Shown here one piece after another: positions 1 through 486 of a stretch of 486 bases of DNA. The DNA comes from Escherichia coli (lineage in GTDB: Bacteria; Pseudomonadota; Gammaproteobacteria; Enterobacterales; Enterobacteriaceae), in assembly GCF_003334785.1 (NCBI RefSeq), contig NZ_QOWV01000086.1. The stretch is one strand, 5' to 3'. The notes below the pieces were generated by a model. That model worked only from the letters and a program-made list of their open reading frames with translations. It was not told the origin of the DNA and did not search any database. How positions within the stretch are numbered: position 1 is the stretch's first letter; each line of letters starts with the position of its first letter. Made by a program: the position numbers and the translations under genes.

Positions 1-167
1 CTGCGTAATACAGCCCGTCTGCCGTCTGGTTTTTCAGGACGGTTTTTCCAGTATCTGTAGCTGCTGCGATGAACCCCGAACACATGGCAGAGTGTGACCA
101 CAGGATAATGCGCTCTGAGTTTCCTGATTATCGAGAACTGTTCAGGGAGTCTGACATCAAGAGCGCG
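1..167 (-). pseudogene. insO: IS3-family (IS911-like) transposase OrfB, N-proximal fragment; 5' side interrupted by IS30, 3' side continues beyond window position 1
   Basis: Reverse-complement translation from 167 down to 3 gives 55 codons with no stop: [56 protein letters not shown]. This matches, from memory, the region of IS911 OrfB just downstream of the OrfA/OrfB frameshift site. No start codon or RBS for this frame is present before the IS30 boundary, consistent with disruption. The symbol insO is the E. coli K-12 name for the IS911 orfB fragment and is assigned from recollection. Confidence 0.7.
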
Positions 168-169
168 GT
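1..169 (-). mobile_element. Fragment of an IS3-family insertion sequence (IS911-like), truncated at position 169/170 by an IS30 insertion
   Basis: The minus strand translates without stops into a sequence with the N-proximal signature of IS3-family OrfB transposases. The sequence stops abruptly where the IS30 terminal repeat begins at 170. No IS911 terminal repeat is visible in the window, so this is an internal fragment. Confidence 0.75.
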
Positions 170-195
170 TGTAGATTCAATTGGTCAACGCAACA
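170..195 (+). repeat. IS30 left terminal inverted repeat (IRL), 26 bp
   Basis: TGTAGATTCAATTGGTCAACGCAACA lies directly upstream of the transposase gene. The matching right repeat is outside the window and cannot be checked here. Confidence 0.85.
172..177 (+). promoter_or_regulatory. -10-like hexamer TAGATT inside the IS30 IRL
   Basis: TAGATT matches TATAAT at 4 of 6 positions. In IS30 biology the IRL is known to supply a -10 element that combines with a -35 (TTGACC) from an abutting right repeat in (IS30)2 junctions. Here the upstream partner would be flanking DNA. The hexamer is seen directly; its function is inferred. Confidence 0.35.
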
Positions 196-218
196 GTTAT
201 GTGAAAACATGGGGTTGC

Positions 219-223
219 GGAGG
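219..223 (+). promoter_or_regulatory. Shine-Dalgarno sequence for the IS30 transposase
   Basis: GGAGG sits 8 nt upstream of the ATG at 232 (GGAGGTTTTTTGAATG), which is ideal composition and spacing. Confidence 0.85.
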
Positions 224-231
224 TTTTTTGA

Positions 232-486
232 ATGAGACGAACATTTACAGCAGAGGAAAAAGCCTCTGTTTTTGAACTATGGAAGAACGGAACAGGCTTC
301 AGTGAAATAGCGAATATCCTGGGTTCAAAACCCGGAACGATCTTCACTATGTTAAGGGATACTGGCGGCATAAAACCCCATGAGCATAAGCGGGCTGTAG
401 CTCACCTGACACTGTCTGAGCGCGAGGAGATACGAGCTGGTTTGTCAGCCAAAATGAGCATTCGTGCGATAGCTACTGCGCTGAAT
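232..486 (+). CDS. insI: IS30 transposase (DDE transposase, IS30 family), N-terminal 85 codons; 3' partial
   Basis: Frame 1 is open from the ATG at 232 to the window end: MRRTFTAEEKASVFELWKNGTGFSEIANILGSKPGTIFTMLRDTGGIKPHEHKRAVAHLTLSEREEIRAGLSAKMSIRAIATALN. I recognise this as the N-terminus of the E. coli IS30 transposase, which carries the helix-turn-helix DNA-binding region that recognises the IS30 ends. A strong RBS precedes it and it lies immediately inside the IRL. It is missing from the supplied ORF track because no stop codon falls in the window. Confidence 0.95.
   Translation, partial: MRRTFTAEEKASVFELWKNGTGFSEIANILGSKPGTIFTMLRDTGGIKPHEHKRAVAHLTLSEREEIRAGLSAKMSIRAIATALN

Larger units (their letters stand above)
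170..486 (+). mobile_element. IS30 (IS30 family) left end, partial; the element continues beyond the window
   Basis: The sequence from 170 onward begins TGTAGATTCAATTGGTCAACGCAACAG, which is the IS30 left terminus as I recall it. It is followed about 60 bp later by the IS30 transposase start codon, the canonical layout of IS30. Confidence 0.9.

Noticed and set aside
15-28. Tandem direct repeat CCGTCTG CCGTCTG
   Set aside because: These 14 bp lie within the OrfB coding sequence on the opposite strand and encode the Arg-rich PDGRR stretch. A single 7-bp duplication is explained by codon repetition and is not a regulatory or CRISPR-like repeat.
22-47. Hairpin-like inverted repeat CCGTC (22-26) / GACGG (38-42) followed by TTTTT (43-47) on the + strand, resembling a rho-independent terminator
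   Set aside because: The stem is only 5 bp with an 11-nt loop, which is thermodynamically weak. The region lies inside the minus-strand OrfB coding sequence (codons for [11 protein letters not shown]), so the symmetry and A/T run are explained by coding constraints.
176-210. Possible internal sigma70 promoter within the IS30 left end (TTCAAT or TTGGTC as -35, TATGTG or AAACAT as -10)
   Set aside because: Every candidate hexamer matches consensus at only about 3 of 6 positions and the spacings are ambiguous. The native IS30 transposase promoter is known to be weak and lies in this area, but I cannot place its elements confidently from sequence alone.
69-275. Track ORF on the + strand, 68 aa ([11 protein letters not shown]...)
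   Set aside because: It reads through the IS911/IS30 junction at 169/170. Its first two thirds are the antisense shadow of the IS3-family OrfB frame and its last third crosses the IS30 IRL, the RBS and the start of the transposase out of frame. No RBS precedes the ATG at 69. It is a chimeric artefact of two unrelated sequences.
177-371. Track ORF on the - strand, 64 aa, antisense to the IS30 transposase 5' region
   Set aside because: It lies entirely opposite the well-supported transposase gene and IRL, has no evident RBS, and has no recognisable protein features. Opposite-strand ORFs in IS30 have been noted before without evidence of expression, so it is most likely a shadow ORF.

Overview
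This window is a junction between two well-known insertion sequences, and I see no sign of a novel system. Positions 1-169 are a fragment of an IS3-family element (IS911-like) whose transposase OrfB reads on the minus strand and is cut off at its 5' side. Positions 170-486 are the left end of IS30: the 26-bp left terminal inverted repeat (170-195), a GGAGG ribosome-binding site (219-223), and the first 85 codons of the IS30 transposase (232-486, + strand, running off the window). The two transposase reading frames are divergent. The arrangement resembles the IS911::IS30 nested locus (insN-insI-insO) of E. coli K-12 and Shigella, though that identification rests on my recollection of the protein sequences and not on a search. 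Both ORFs in the supplied track (69..275 + and 177..371 -) are judged non-genuine. The real IS30 transposase ORF is absent from the track, presumably because it has no stop codon inside the window.
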